In this document: positions 47,551 through 58,205 of the stretch, piece after piece
Numbering within the stretch: the stretch's first letter is position 1
Layout of the letters: each line of letters begins with the position of its first letter
Source: a virus
Lineage: Duplodnaviria; Caudoviricetes
Length of the DNA: 64,000 nt
Virus record (IMG/VR): IMGVR_UViG_3300035520_001285
Location: 1-64,000 of that record
Reading direction: 5' to 3' (one strand)
Notes under the pieces: generated by a model
What the model was told of the DNA's origin: nothing
What the model saw: only the letters and a program-made list of their open reading frames with translations
The model's database searches: none
Made by a program: the position numbers and the translations under genes

Positions 47551-49575
47551 ATGTCAAATAAAAAAATATCATATTTAAGTAGGACTTTCGATGATTATAA
47601 AGAAAGTTTAAAAACATATACAGAACAATACTACCCTGAAATTGCTAATGACTTCAATGATTCTTCTGTTGGCAGTTGGATGGTTGATTTAGTATCGGCT
47701 GTGGCTGATAACCTTAGTTACTATATTGATAGAGCTTACAATGAAACTAATTTGGATTCAGCTCAATCAAAAAGTTCTGTTTACGCTTTAGCCCGTAGTA
47801 ATGGTTTCAAAGTTCCAGGACCTAAAGCATCAATGACTGAAGTCAAATTTTCATGCAGTTTGCCCGTTAGTAGTTCGGTTGCTAATTCAAGTTCAACTAA
47901 CGGTATGCCGAGTTGGTCTTATGCTCCCGTAATCAAAAAAGGCACAAGGATTAAATCTAATAGTGGGCAATATTTTGAAACGACCGAAGACTTGGACTTC
48001 ACTTTGCAGTTTGATGAAAATGGGGTTTCTAACCGCACAATTACCCCTATTACTGATTCAAATAATATCGTAAAACGATATATCGTTACAAAAACTTGTA
48101 CTGCTACTGCAGGTTATACTAAAACCTATAAGATGGCAATTACAAGCAGTAAAATAACTCCATTCATGGAAATTACCATTCCTGAGAAGAATGTAATGAA
48201 TGTAGACAGTATTATATTCAAGGATGGTGCTAATTTTCAATCAGACCCATTAACTTCTGAATTCATGCAACAAGCTGAATTTATTTCAGCTGAAGACTCG
48301 ATTTCGGGTGTTGATACGTATAGATTTTTTGAAGTGGACTCATTATTGCAACAGTATCGTTGGGGAGACGATATTAGTACTACATCGAGTGGTAATCAAG
48401 AAGTTGGTGAAAGTAAAACCTATGAATATGGCTACTATGTTTCTCAAAAAGGTGTAAACGTTCCTTCGTATTCAATCACAAAGGGCCAATGGATACCATT
48501 AACTCAAAAATTCATCACAGAATACACTAATAACGGCTATATGAAAGTTATCTTTGGTAGTGGTGATGAAGTTGGACAAGATGTAGATATTGATAAAGCG
48601 GGCGATTTCACTAAAAATCAAATTACAAGAATGATTAGAAACAACTTTCTTGGAAAACTGCCTAAAGAAGGAACTACGATGTATATCAGCTACCGAGTGG
48701 GTGGTGGTGCGGCTTCAAATGTTGCTACGGGCACAATCACTACAATCAGTAAATTGGATGCATCGAATAAAACATGTCCCGTAACTTCTGAAGATAAAAA
48801 GGTTGCCGACGCAATATTAAGTAGTATTACTGTCACAAATACTATTCCTTCAGTATCGGGCAAAGATGCACCTTCTGTTGAAGAAATTCGCAATATGATT
48901 AAATACAATAATGCGGCACAAGAAAGGTGTGTCACTGTTAAAGATTACATTAGCCGTATCCTAAAAATGCCACCTCGATATGGTTGTCCATTTAGAGTCG
49001 GCGCTTTGGAGGAAAACAATAAGGTAATGATTTACTTGATGTTTACCGATAATCTCGGCCAATTGAGTGATGTTCTTCCTTCTCAATTAGTAGAAAATAT
49101 CCAAAACTACTTATCGCATTATAGAAGTATTAATGATTTCGTTGAAATCAAGAGTGGTAGGATTGTAAACCTCTCATTTGAAGCCGATTTATATGTTGAT
49201 AAAAACTACAACTCAGGTGAGGTCGTAAAGAGCGTAATCAACACCATTAAAAGCTACATGGATATCAATAATCATGACCTTGGTAAAGATATCTATGTTA
49301 GTGATATTCAAAAAGAAATCACCAATGTTGATGGCGTATTAAATTTAATTGATTTAAGGGTTTATAATGAGTTTGGGACAGGATATTCTCAAACAAAAAT
49401 TAGCCAACAAACTGTTTATCTAACCGAGGATGATTACGGTTATGATAAAACAGAAGATTCCGAAAGAAGCGAAGTTGATTTGAATGCCTCTGATTATATT
49501 CTCAATAGTGAAGCTGATGAAATGTTCGAGATTAAAAATGACACAGATATAAGAATTAGAGTAAAAACACGATAA
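47551..49575 (+). CDS. Baseplate wedge protein, gp6/J-like
   Basis: RTFDDYKESL...DFNDSSVG...SAVADNLSYYID; YRVGGG; SGKDAPSVEEIR; RCVTVKDY. Confidence 0.85.
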   Translation: MSNKKISYLSRTFDDYKESLKTYTEQYYPEIANDFNDSSVGSWMVDLVSAVADNLSYYIDRAYNETNLDSAQSKSSVYALARSNGFKVPGPKASMTEVKFSCSLPVSSSVANSSSTNGMPSWSYAPVIKKGTRIKSNSGQYFETTEDLDFTLQFDENGVSNRTITPITDSNNIVKRYIVTKTCTATAGYTKTYKMAITSSKITPFMEITIPEKNVMNVDSIIFKDGANFQSDPLTSEFMQQAEFISAEDSISGVDTYRFFEVDSLLQQYRWGDDISTTSSGNQEVGESKTYEYGYYVSQKGVNVPSYSITKGQWIPLTQKFITEYTNNGYMKVIFGSGDEVGQDVDIDKAGDFTKNQITRMIRNNFLGKLPKEGTTMYISYRVGGGAASNVATGTITTISKLDASNKTCPVTSEDKKVADAILSSITVTNTIPSVSGKDAPSVEEIRNMIKYNNAAQERCVTVKDYISRILKMPPRYGCPFRVGALEENNKVMIYLMFTDNLGQLSDVLPSQLVENIQNYLSHYRSINDFVEIKSGRIVNLSFEADLYVDKNYNSGEVVKSVINTIKSYMDINNHDLGKDIYVSDIQKEITNVDGVLNLIDLRVYNEFGTGYSQTKISQQTVYLTEDDYGYDKTEDSERSEVDLNASDYILNSEADEMFEIKNDTDIRIRVKTR

Positions 49576-49896
49576 ATGAAAGCTAAAAGCCGCCTGTACA
49601 CTGATAAAGGTTATCTTTTTAGGACATTTTTACATTATATAATAATTGCCATATCAGGTGCAATTATCGGCAGTATAGCGGGCTTGGCTTTTTTATTTAC
49701 TTACGAACCTAACACTAAAAATACCGTTACTAAACGAAAGGTAAAACGAATTATCTTTTTTACGAAATTAAAGTTATGGTTTTACCATCATACAAGTGGC
49801 AGTGCAAAATTTTTAAATGATTACGTTTACCTAAAAGGTATCCATAAAAGATTTGATAAAACATGTCATGTAACTGCACAACAACGCAAGAACTGA
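49576..49896 (+). CDS. Small predicted membrane protein
   Basis: Hydrophobic stretch YIIIAISGAIIGSIAGLAFLF. Confidence 0.4.
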   Translation: MKAKSRLYTDKGYLFRTFLHYIIIAISGAIIGSIAGLAFLFTYEPNTKNTVTKRKVKRIIFFTKLKLWFYHHTSGSAKFLNDYVYLKGIHKRFDKTCHVTAQQRKN

Positions 49897-50129
49897 ATAA
49901 GCTTTACGAAAAGCTTGGACTAAACGAGAAGAAACATAGAAAACTTACACCGAAGGAAAAAATAAAACATTATACTCAAAAGATTGCTATAATAGCCATA
50001 ATGTTATTAATCCTTCCTTTGCTTTTAGCATACGTTGTTTATATAACCTTCTTTGGGGATGGCAAGATTAGCCTTACCAAATTCTTTAATTTAAAAAAGA
50101 ACAATATTGGCGATGTCGGAGAACAATAG
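49863..50129 (+). CDS. Small predicted membrane protein
   Basis: MSCNC start; hydrophobic stretch IAIIAIMLLILPLLLAYVVYITFF. Confidence 0.6.
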   Translation: MSCNCTTTQELNKLYEKLGLNEKKHRKLTPKEKIKHYTQKIAIIAIMLLILPLLLAYVVYITFFGDGKISLTKFFNLKKNNIGDVGEQ

Positions 50130-53100
50130 AACATATAGAATACGAACAAAGATTAATTCAAATGATGAAGCCGATAGGGTTATTAATGTTAACCTCAATC
50201 GAGACTACGATGTATTTGAATTACTTAGCCTCAAAATAGATACTTCAAACTTTTATAAACTGCACACATCCAATTATGGCTGTGTAGCAGGTAGAGTTTT
50301 AGCAAATGGCAATGTGGGTGTGCCTAATGCTAAAATTTCAGTATTTGTATCCATTGATTCTGATGATGCCAATGACACGGTTTTGTCAGAACTATACCCG
50401 TATACAAAGACTTTTGATAAGAACACAAAAGGTGTAAGATATAACTTATTACCTGATACGCAAGTTTCATCTTGTCATACTCCAGTGGGTACATTCCCAT
50501 CAAAGCGAATGATTTTGGATGATGAAAATATGGTTGAGGTGTATGATAAGTATTATAAATTCACAACAAGGTCAAACGATGCAGGTGACTATATGATTTT
50601 TGGATTGCCTGTCGGAGACCAAACCATACATGTAGATATTGACTTATCCGATATTGGCCATCTGTCACAAAAACCTCGTGATATGATTTACAAGGGGTAT
50701 AATATCACTCAATTTGAAAATGCAAATAAATTTAAGAGTGATACAAATCTTGATGACCTCACTCAAATCATATCACAAAATAGTAGTGTATATGTTTATC
50801 CTTTTTGGGGTGATACAAATGAGAGCGATGTAAAAATCACTCGTAATGATATTGAAATCCAATATAAATTTGAACCCACTTGTGTTTTTATTGGCTCTCT
50901 TATCGTAGATGATACAAGCAACGGCGTGTCGAAGAAATGTATCGCCACTGAGCGCATGGGTAAGATGGATAGACTTACTACTGGCGCAGGCACCATTGAA
51001 ATGATACGCAAAACTATTGATGGTGATGTAGAGGAAGTTCAAATTCAAGGTAATCAACTTGTAGATGGCAACGGTACATGGTGCTATCAAATACCTATGA
51101 ATCTCGATTATTATATGACGGATGAATATGGTAATTTTGTACCGTCTGATGATAAAGAAAAAGGCTTTCCAACAAGAACAAGAGTTAGGTTTAGAGTGTC
51201 ATTGAATGACTTCCAGTCCGACTACATGAATAACCATTTAGCCAAAGTGTTAGTCCCTAATAACCCTGATACATACGAAGATTTGGATTATGCATTTGGC
51301 TCCAAAACAAAAGACGATGAGTTTGGCACTCAAAGCTTCAGGGATTTGTTCTACAATAACTTATACACCGTAAAACAATACATACCTCGTGTACAAAAAG
51401 GTAATAACAACAAGAATCGTAAATTTACAGGTATCAAAAATGTAAATGTAAATGAGGGCAATAATCCTATTCCATACAACAATCTTAGGGTTGACCTTAC
51501 ATTTATGTTTGCTATGCAATGCGCTATTTTGAAGTGTATTATTCGTCTTGTTTCATTTATAAATTGGTTTAACTCTAAATCCTCAAAAAAATGTGCGGCT
51601 ATTGGTGATGGCGTTTGTCCAGATTTGGATGGGTGGTATTTTTCACCAGGTTGCTCAGAGGGAAAATTAAAAAATACCCTTGAGGTCTTGGAAAAAGAAG
51701 ATGGAAATGATTCTAAATCAGTCGAATACCAAAATAATAATGAAACAGACACTGAAAAAGACCAATATTGCATAACAAATAAATCTGATTACCTTATGCA
51801 ATGTGTAGAAATCAATCTTGCAATTGAATATAACGTTATGCAATTTGATTTCTATAACGATTGGATCAACGGAATGTTGTATATACCAAGATGGTTTGTA
51901 AATATCCGCAAGAAGAGAAGTTACTTATTTGGTTTAATTAAAGTTAAAGCTAAAACAGAGGCCTGCATGGAAGAATCGTTTAATACAACAAGGCGATTTG
52001 TTCAACAATGTGCTTTAACGTATGAAGCTGAAAGTGAAAAATCTAACATATATTCTATTGCGACAAACCCTATCGGTTGTGGTAATAACACTAAACAAAA
52101 ATGCCATAAAGCAGCAGGGCGAAAACATGCAGCCATCTTTTTAAGTAACAATAAGGGTGGTGGTGGATTTGTCCATTCCGAAACAACAACTAAAAGCCAA
52201 AAGGTATATTACTTCAAGCCGTGCGAATGGTTGAGCACTGGCGTACATTGCAATCTTTTTGCAACTGATATTGTTCTTCTTGGCTCTTTGAATGAATGTG
52301 ATGAACAGGGTATTCCGCAAGCATTTAAGGAACTTCCGTCATCCACTTATTTCATGCCTACTAACTTAGCCGCAACTAATTTGGATACAAGTACATTTAT
52401 GTACAACGGAGAAGGCAATGGCTATAAATGTACCGCAAGCCACACAACTCAAGAAGAGATTAAAACAGCGCAAGACAAGGGAGAGGAAGAAACCTTTGAA
52501 ACGTACAAAACATGGTCTAAGAATGCTGATTATTATGATGCTGAAATAGATGATAAAAAAGAATACGCCGTAACCGAATCGGCTGGCATTGATTGGGGTT
52601 ATAGAGGGCCAAGGCAAGGTAAAGACAATTTGAGCGAATTGTATCTACCTGGCGGGCATTTCCTTGGTATTGGCTGCTTTAATTCAGCTGTCAATATTAA
52701 GTCTTGCGTCAATCTAATTCGTATTTGTGAGATTGGCGCTGTTATGTCACAACGTCAACCCATTCCTCAGCAAAGTACTTCCGAAATAAAATACAGCTAT
52801 TTAATACCTAATGGATTGATATCATTAGATGAGATTAATGATTCTAACTTTAGGTCAATGTTTGCTACTATGAATAGTAATGGGCTGAAAACCAAAAGAG
52901 ATGAAAGTACTCAATATCTCAAATATGATTTAAGATATTTAAACCCCAATGGATTCGGCGGTGAACTTAGAGGTAAGCTTTTCAATGAAAAAAATGAGCC
53001 TGTTGCATCTTACAATGTGAATTATCAATATGATGATGCATTAGGTAATAATAAAGAAGCATCCGCTCATATACGAACCTTGGAAAGTGTAAACAAAGAC

Positions 53101-55377
53101 TATTATTATTTCAGGATGGGATTGGATGGTACAGAAACCGATGTTGCTAAAAAAAAGTATCTATGGAGTGATTCTACAGGTACCACTGTTGCAATGCCTG
53201 TTTATAATAATTCATTCTATTTTTATTTTGGCCTTTCTGACGGTAACACAGCCATTGATAGATTTTTCAATGATTTTTATGCATCATGCGAGACTAATGG
53301 TGAAGATGCTAATTATTTTACTATAAATGTAGATACACCAAGTAGCTGTAGTGGCAATGGGTCTGTGGTGTCTGTCGACATTATTAATGCTGATGGCCCT
53401 TATAAGATTTCGATTATGGATAATGACACCAATAAACTTGTTCCGTTGGAAATGAATGGTAGTGTTATTAATCGAACAAATAAATCTATATACAGTACAG
53501 CTATTGAGCATGATTATTCGTCGTTTACAATAACAAATCTACCTTCAGGCACATATAAGATTACATTGTCAACTGATGAATTGGGTGATGCGTCTACTAA
53601 CTTCAAAATCACTGATGCCACAATTGATGCTATTGAAAATCTTCTTTTTGGGGTAAAAAACTTTAAAAAAGGAATGTCTCAGGATATAACAACAAATTGG
53701 TATTCTGACGCTAACACAAGTCGTGGCTATTATAATATATCCAGTTGGAGGGGTATTGATGCTTTGTGTTTGTTTAACGATGAAAAATATATATTATATA
53801 ATATAACAAACTCAAGAAAAGACAATGAACTACAAGCTCTTATCAAAGATGATTTAGATGGTTTGACAAGGGTATCAAGTGGCTACGTAGTTGCAAATTC
53901 GAATAATATATTTTTACCATGTTGGAAAGGTAATAGTAAATACAAATTATATGTGTTTTACACATGCACAGGTTCTACCGACTCATTATTAAAAACTGCT
54001 TTAGTTGATAATGGGACAACTGTGACAATGCCAACACAGCTTGATATTTTGTTTTTTGACAACAGTTTATCGTATGTAAATGATATTAAAAGCCTCGGAG
54101 ATGAATGGGTAGGCCAAATACTTAGAAATAGCAAATTTACCGAAAAGCAAAAGTGGTGTTTGAAGAAAGCCTTGTACTTTAGGAATAGCCTGTATGATGG
54201 CAATAGGTCTAATTCTATTAATATTACGATTACGGGCACAAGCTTGAAGCCTACTGTTATTGGCAACCCTGAACGCATCTATATTAGTGACGATGGAGAT
54301 GAAGACGAGGATAATGCATATTCGGCCATAGAGGTTAGTAGTTCTCGTGTGGATTCTACAGTTTATAATAGTGAAAGCGATTGGCATGTAAGTATTGAAA
54401 ATATGTTATTACCGACATCTTATTTAGATGCTAATGGTAAAGTCGTCCAATACGGCAATGATGGCTATTGTAAAAATACAACTGACAATAACCATACTTA
54501 TGGTTATTATAAAATGGCGACAACCCCTAAGACTCCATATAAAGTTTCATTGAATGGTAGTGAAATTTCTGCACTTCTACCGTCAATATATCGGCCTTTC
54601 TATGTTAATGCTGTTAAATTGATTTATCCAACAGATTCGGTAAGCTCTGCGAAAATCAATTATACGGCAATAGGCGCATTATGCATTGTGAATCCAATAT
54701 TGTACAATAAAAAATTTGATTCAATAACAATAGACAATAATGTAGTCGAAGTGAGTGGTAGACAGGATAATGGTGGCCGTAATTTCACATTTACCGTTGC
54801 GAAAAATGAGGGAACCGTAGCGGAGGGTATCGTATCCTTTACATATAGTGTTGACGAGGGTGCAGCTGTAAATTACAATGGCAATACATACTCAAATAGT
54901 ATTAGCCGCAAATTCCCTGACCTTAGTGACTCTGACGATGATTTTACATACGATAACCGTATTAGATTCTTTACCTGTGAAGACAAGAGCGGAAATGATA
55001 ATGCTGATGCATATGTTCAATTTATTGTTAAAGGAAATGTGACAAGCGATTATGTGACCACTACAGATTGTTTTAATGGCATATTTGGCACTGAAAACTA
55101 TATATTGAAAGATGTTAGTGATAAATTCACTTTAGCCGAATTAAAAAATCAAGGCAAATCAAGTCTTGCTGAGGCCTTTAAATATCAGGTAGAAACTACC
55201 GTAGGAAAAAGTGTTATTGCTATTAGTGATAGTTGGACTGAATTGGCATCAAGTGATGACGAGGAGAATCGTAAAATGTATCCTGTTAATGACGGCAAAG
55301 CGGACAGACAGAAGATGTGGCTAAGCGTAACTCCTGATAATAGTTGCACAACAATTGTTAAATTGTATAGGAAATGA
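50113..55377 (+). CDS. Very large Cys-rich baseplate/tail structural protein
   Basis: About 1750 aa; N-terminal beta-sandwich-like VAGRVLANGNVGVPNAKISVF; located in the baseplate module. Confidence 0.7.
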   Translation: MSENNRTYRIRTKINSNDEADRVINVNLNRDYDVFELLSLKIDTSNFYKLHTSNYGCVAGRVLANGNVGVPNAKISVFVSIDSDDANDTVLSELYPYTKTFDKNTKGVRYNLLPDTQVSSCHTPVGTFPSKRMILDDENMVEVYDKYYKFTTRSNDAGDYMIFGLPVGDQTIHVDIDLSDIGHLSQKPRDMIYKGYNITQFENANKFKSDTNLDDLTQIISQNSSVYVYPFWGDTNESDVKITRNDIEIQYKFEPTCVFIGSLIVDDTSNGVSKKCIATERMGKMDRLTTGAGTIEMIRKTIDGDVEEVQIQGNQLVDGNGTWCYQIPMNLDYYMTDEYGNFVPSDDKEKGFPTRTRVRFRVSLNDFQSDYMNNHLAKVLVPNNPDTYEDLDYAFGSKTKDDEFGTQSFRDLFYNNLYTVKQYIPRVQKGNNNKNRKFTGIKNVNVNEGNNPIPYNNLRVDLTFMFAMQCAILKCIIRLVSFINWFNSKSSKKCAAIGDGVCPDLDGWYFSPGCSEGKLKNTLEVLEKEDGNDSKSVEYQNNNETDTEKDQYCITNKSDYLMQCVEINLAIEYNVMQFDFYNDWINGMLYIPRWFVNIRKKRSYLFGLIKVKAKTEACMEESFNTTRRFVQQCALTYEAESEKSNIYSIATNPIGCGNNTKQKCHKAAGRKHAAIFLSNNKGGGGFVHSETTTKSQKVYYFKPCEWLSTGVHCNLFATDIVLLGSLNECDEQGIPQAFKELPSSTYFMPTNLAATNLDTSTFMYNGEGNGYKCTASHTTQEEIKTAQDKGEEETFETYKTWSKNADYYDAEIDDKKEYAVTESAGIDWGYRGPRQGKDNLSELYLPGGHFLGIGCFNSAVNIKSCVNLIRICEIGAVMSQRQPIPQQSTSEIKYSYLIPNGLISLDEINDSNFRSMFATMNSNGLKTKRDESTQYLKYDLRYLNPNGFGGELRGKLFNEKNEPVASYNVNYQYDDALGNNKEASAHIRTLESVNKDYYYFRMGLDGTETDVAKKKYLWSDSTGTTVAMPVYNNSFYFYFGLSDGNTAIDRFFNDFYASCETNGEDANYFTINVDTPSSCSGNGSVVSVDIINADGPYKISIMDNDTNKLVPLEMNGSVINRTNKSIYSTAIEHDYSSFTITNLPSGTYKITLSTDELGDASTNFKITDATIDAIENLLFGVKNFKKGMSQDITTNWYSDANTSRGYYNISSWRGIDALCLFNDEKYILYNITNSRKDNELQALIKDDLDGLTRVSSGYVVANSNNIFLPCWKGNSKYKLYVFYTCTGSTDSLLKTALVDNGTTVTMPTQLDILFFDNSLSYVNDIKSLGDEWVGQILRNSKFTEKQKWCLKKALYFRNSLYDGNRSNSINITITGTSLKPTVIGNPERIYISDDGDEDEDNAYSAIEVSSSRVDSTVYNSESDWHVSIENMLLPTSYLDANGKVVQYGNDGYCKNTTDNNHTYGYYKMATTPKTPYKVSLNGSEISALLPSIYRPFYVNAVKLIYPTDSVSSAKINYTAIGALCIVNPILYNKKFDSITIDNNVVEVSGRQDNGGRNFTFTVAKNEGTVAEGIVSFTYSVDEGAAVNYNGNTYSNSISRKFPDLSDSDDDFTYDNRIRFFTCEDKSGNDNADAYVQFIVKGNVTSDYVTTTDCFNGIFGTENYILKDVSDKFTLAELKNQGKSSLAEAFKYQVETTVGKSVIAISDSWTELASSDDEENRKMYPVNDGKADRQKMWLSVTPDNSCTTIVKLYRK

Positions 55378-58205
55378 GAAATATTGAGTTAGGAACACAA
55401 AGTGATAGTAATTTTTCTACTTCAGAAAAACGTGTAAATATTGGGTTGGAAGTTAATGAAAAACTTCTGCCCACCGATTCTGTTTCGTCTACAATAGACG
55501 AATATGAGCAATATCTCTCTGAAAAAGATGCTTCTAAAATATACAGGCCTATTTTTACGATAAATCCTTTATGCACCAATGTCTTATTTAATGCAATAAC
55601 CGAAATAACAGACAATGAAGGCTCAGCACAAATACAAGTTTTTGAAAGTGAGGCAATAACAATAAGTAGTATTACCTCTGAAACCGTAAAAAAATACTTG
55701 AATTATAAAGGTAGTGGGAGTGGAAGTGCTATTAACCGTGAGTCATTAATAAATGATACTGGTTTTTCGCATCCTGAAGCTGGCGGCTTAGTTTATCACT
55801 GTGGCTATGACATTTTTAATAACCATACTTTACGTAATAAAGAGTTCTATGTAATAAACAAACTTAACTCGGCTAATAATTTGAGAGGTGGTTTTAATTC
55901 TCTTTCTGATTATGAAAGAGATGGAAATGGTGACACTATTAAAATACCAAAGTCGATTATCACTAAAAAGGAAGATTCCTATAGCACATATGAAAATGTA
56001 GAACAACATCTTTATCAATCTGATACAGTTTATTCATTTAAGGAGTCTATAAATCAAAATTTGATAGAACGTGATGGGTGGTTTGGCTTCATCAACCCAT
56101 CAACCATAGAAACAATTAATTACGTATCGGGCACTACCTCTGTATCTCTTAACAAGTGTATGAATAATAATAAGGCTTGTGAGATGATAGATATGTATCC
56201 TGATAGGGAACTATTCTCGTTTTTGCCGAAAAAGAATAAAAAACGTGCGAGACTTGAATACAATTGGAAATTCTGCCTGACATATCCCTCGGATTGTTTT
56301 TATCAGAATGAGTTAATCCAACATCAAATTTCAATTGGTGAGAAGAATTCATATGCTAAAAAGTATAACGGTATTAAATGCGATTTAGTGTCAGTCCCCT
56401 CAAATGAAGATGAAGAATTCATGTTTAGGAGTCATTTCAAAAACAATCTTACAAGCGGTGATTTGATTGAAATGACAATATTCAACGGTGAAACCTTAAT
56501 TGATGTAACCAATAGGGTTGAAATCAGCAACGTTGGTTATAATGGAGAATATTATGATTATTATTTCACCGTTCCATATGATAACCTTATAGATTATGAA
56601 GGCTTTTTAGGCAAGAGTTTAACCGACATACGAATAAGAAAAATTGTTAATGGAGAACCAAGCCATTACTATTTTCGTGTATTTAGACGTTTACCTAATT
56701 TCAAAAACTCAGATGTCTATAAGGAAAATGACTGCATCTATGGGGATTATGATAGTCTTGTGGATTTATATTCTTCAGTTGATTTTGAATGTAATGTTAA
56801 TAAACTTGCGTTTGAACGCACGATTTTCAATGATAACAGCATTCAACTTGTTTACACTGACGATATAGATTTAAGTGGCTTAAGGGATAACCTTAATAGG
56901 CCGCTATCTGAATTTTACTTAACAATAGTAAAAAATAATAGTGGTTATGATAAATGGTATGGAGCATATAAACGTGATGGCGTTTGGACCGAGACGCTTG
57001 ACTTTAAGGACAATAGCGTCGAATATTCGCACTGTTTCGGCAAATTGACATCTGGTTTAGATTTGCCTGAGTTCATTGACAACTACAACGTCCACAAAAT
57101 TCATAACATTAATATTTCTGATGCTGAAACCTTTAGCTCATACAATCCAATTACAGATATTCTTAAAATTAAAGAAAGCCCAAAGGCTCTGGAATATTAC
57201 GGCACCGAAATAACCATAAAAGGTTATGATGATGAATATCAGTTCTTAGGGGATATCGTAGAGTTTCGACCTAAGGCTTTTGATGAGATTGTTTGTGAAG
57301 ATGTTTACTTTAGGTTTAACACGGGACAGCGTGAATATATAAATTATAAAGCGACTAATAAAGTTTATGGTCGTTTTGCTAATCTCCATTATTCCGAAAT
57401 ACAAGCTGACGATTTTGAAATACATGAAAGTGGAAGTACGTTTCAGGCCGTTTCGGACGTCTATAATCAAACAACATTAAATGGCGAAACACGTTATTAT
57501 CCTGTTAATGTATTTCCTGAAGGGTATTATTATAAAGCACATTATCGAGTAAAAGTAAGAGAACTTAACACAGCCGTAAACGAAGGTGCTCACACTAAAA
57601 TGAAGTTTACTGTAATTGGCGCCGTCTTTAACTCTAACAGCTTAACTACAAAAGTGACTATTAAAACTGATAAGAACTATTATGTAGAAGCTGGAAATAC
57701 AATATATGCATATAAAAAGGGTAATGCTGAAACCAATATTGCATTAATAACTAATAAAGTCTTTGGTAAGAATTTTGAATATATTGTTATCACCTTCCCA
57801 TATTCATTTCTGAATGTAAAACAAGGAAGTGACGAAACTGACGAGCAATTTTTAACACGTGCAACCGAAGAAGTGTATAAACTAAATTTATTCAAACATA
57901 ATAGTGAGAAACCTTACTACGCCTATGAATTAAATGATGGCACGGGACGTTACATATGGAGAGATTTAAAGTCTGAGTCGGAGTTAAGGACTGATAGTGA
58001 ATTATATAATTCAGTCTTTACTAATGGAGCCCATTACCCACATAAAACCATAAATTTCTTCTTGAAACGTCAAGACCCAAAGGGTGATTATGGCTTGCAA
58101 TACGGCAATGGGGTACCTTCTAAGGTACTTAATTTAATTGTTGATGGCGAAAGAACTGATATATCAGGTTATGACTATACAGAAGAGGAGGATATGACAT
58201 GCTAA
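55374..58205 (+). CDS. Putative structural (baseplate/tail) protein
   Basis: 943 aa, start overlapping the upstream stop, in the structural operon. Confidence 0.65.
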   Translation: MRNIELGTQSDSNFSTSEKRVNIGLEVNEKLLPTDSVSSTIDEYEQYLSEKDASKIYRPIFTINPLCTNVLFNAITEITDNEGSAQIQVFESEAITISSITSETVKKYLNYKGSGSGSAINRESLINDTGFSHPEAGGLVYHCGYDIFNNHTLRNKEFYVINKLNSANNLRGGFNSLSDYERDGNGDTIKIPKSIITKKEDSYSTYENVEQHLYQSDTVYSFKESINQNLIERDGWFGFINPSTIETINYVSGTTSVSLNKCMNNNKACEMIDMYPDRELFSFLPKKNKKRARLEYNWKFCLTYPSDCFYQNELIQHQISIGEKNSYAKKYNGIKCDLVSVPSNEDEEFMFRSHFKNNLTSGDLIEMTIFNGETLIDVTNRVEISNVGYNGEYYDYYFTVPYDNLIDYEGFLGKSLTDIRIRKIVNGEPSHYYFRVFRRLPNFKNSDVYKENDCIYGDYDSLVDLYSSVDFECNVNKLAFERTIFNDNSIQLVYTDDIDLSGLRDNLNRPLSEFYLTIVKNNSGYDKWYGAYKRDGVWTETLDFKDNSVEYSHCFGKLTSGLDLPEFIDNYNVHKIHNINISDAETFSSYNPITDILKIKESPKALEYYGTEITIKGYDDEYQFLGDIVEFRPKAFDEIVCEDVYFRFNTGQREYINYKATNKVYGRFANLHYSEIQADDFEIHESGSTFQAVSDVYNQTTLNGETRYYPVNVFPEGYYYKAHYRVKVRELNTAVNEGAHTKMKFTVIGAVFNSNSLTTKVTIKTDKNYYVEAGNTIYAYKKGNAETNIALITNKVFGKNFEYIVITFPYSFLNVKQGSDETDEQFLTRATEEVYKLNLFKHNSEKPYYAYELNDGTGRYIWRDLKSESELRTDSELYNSVFTNGAHYPHKTINFFLKRQDPKGDYGLQYGNGVPSKVLNLIVDGERTDISGYDYTEEEDMTC

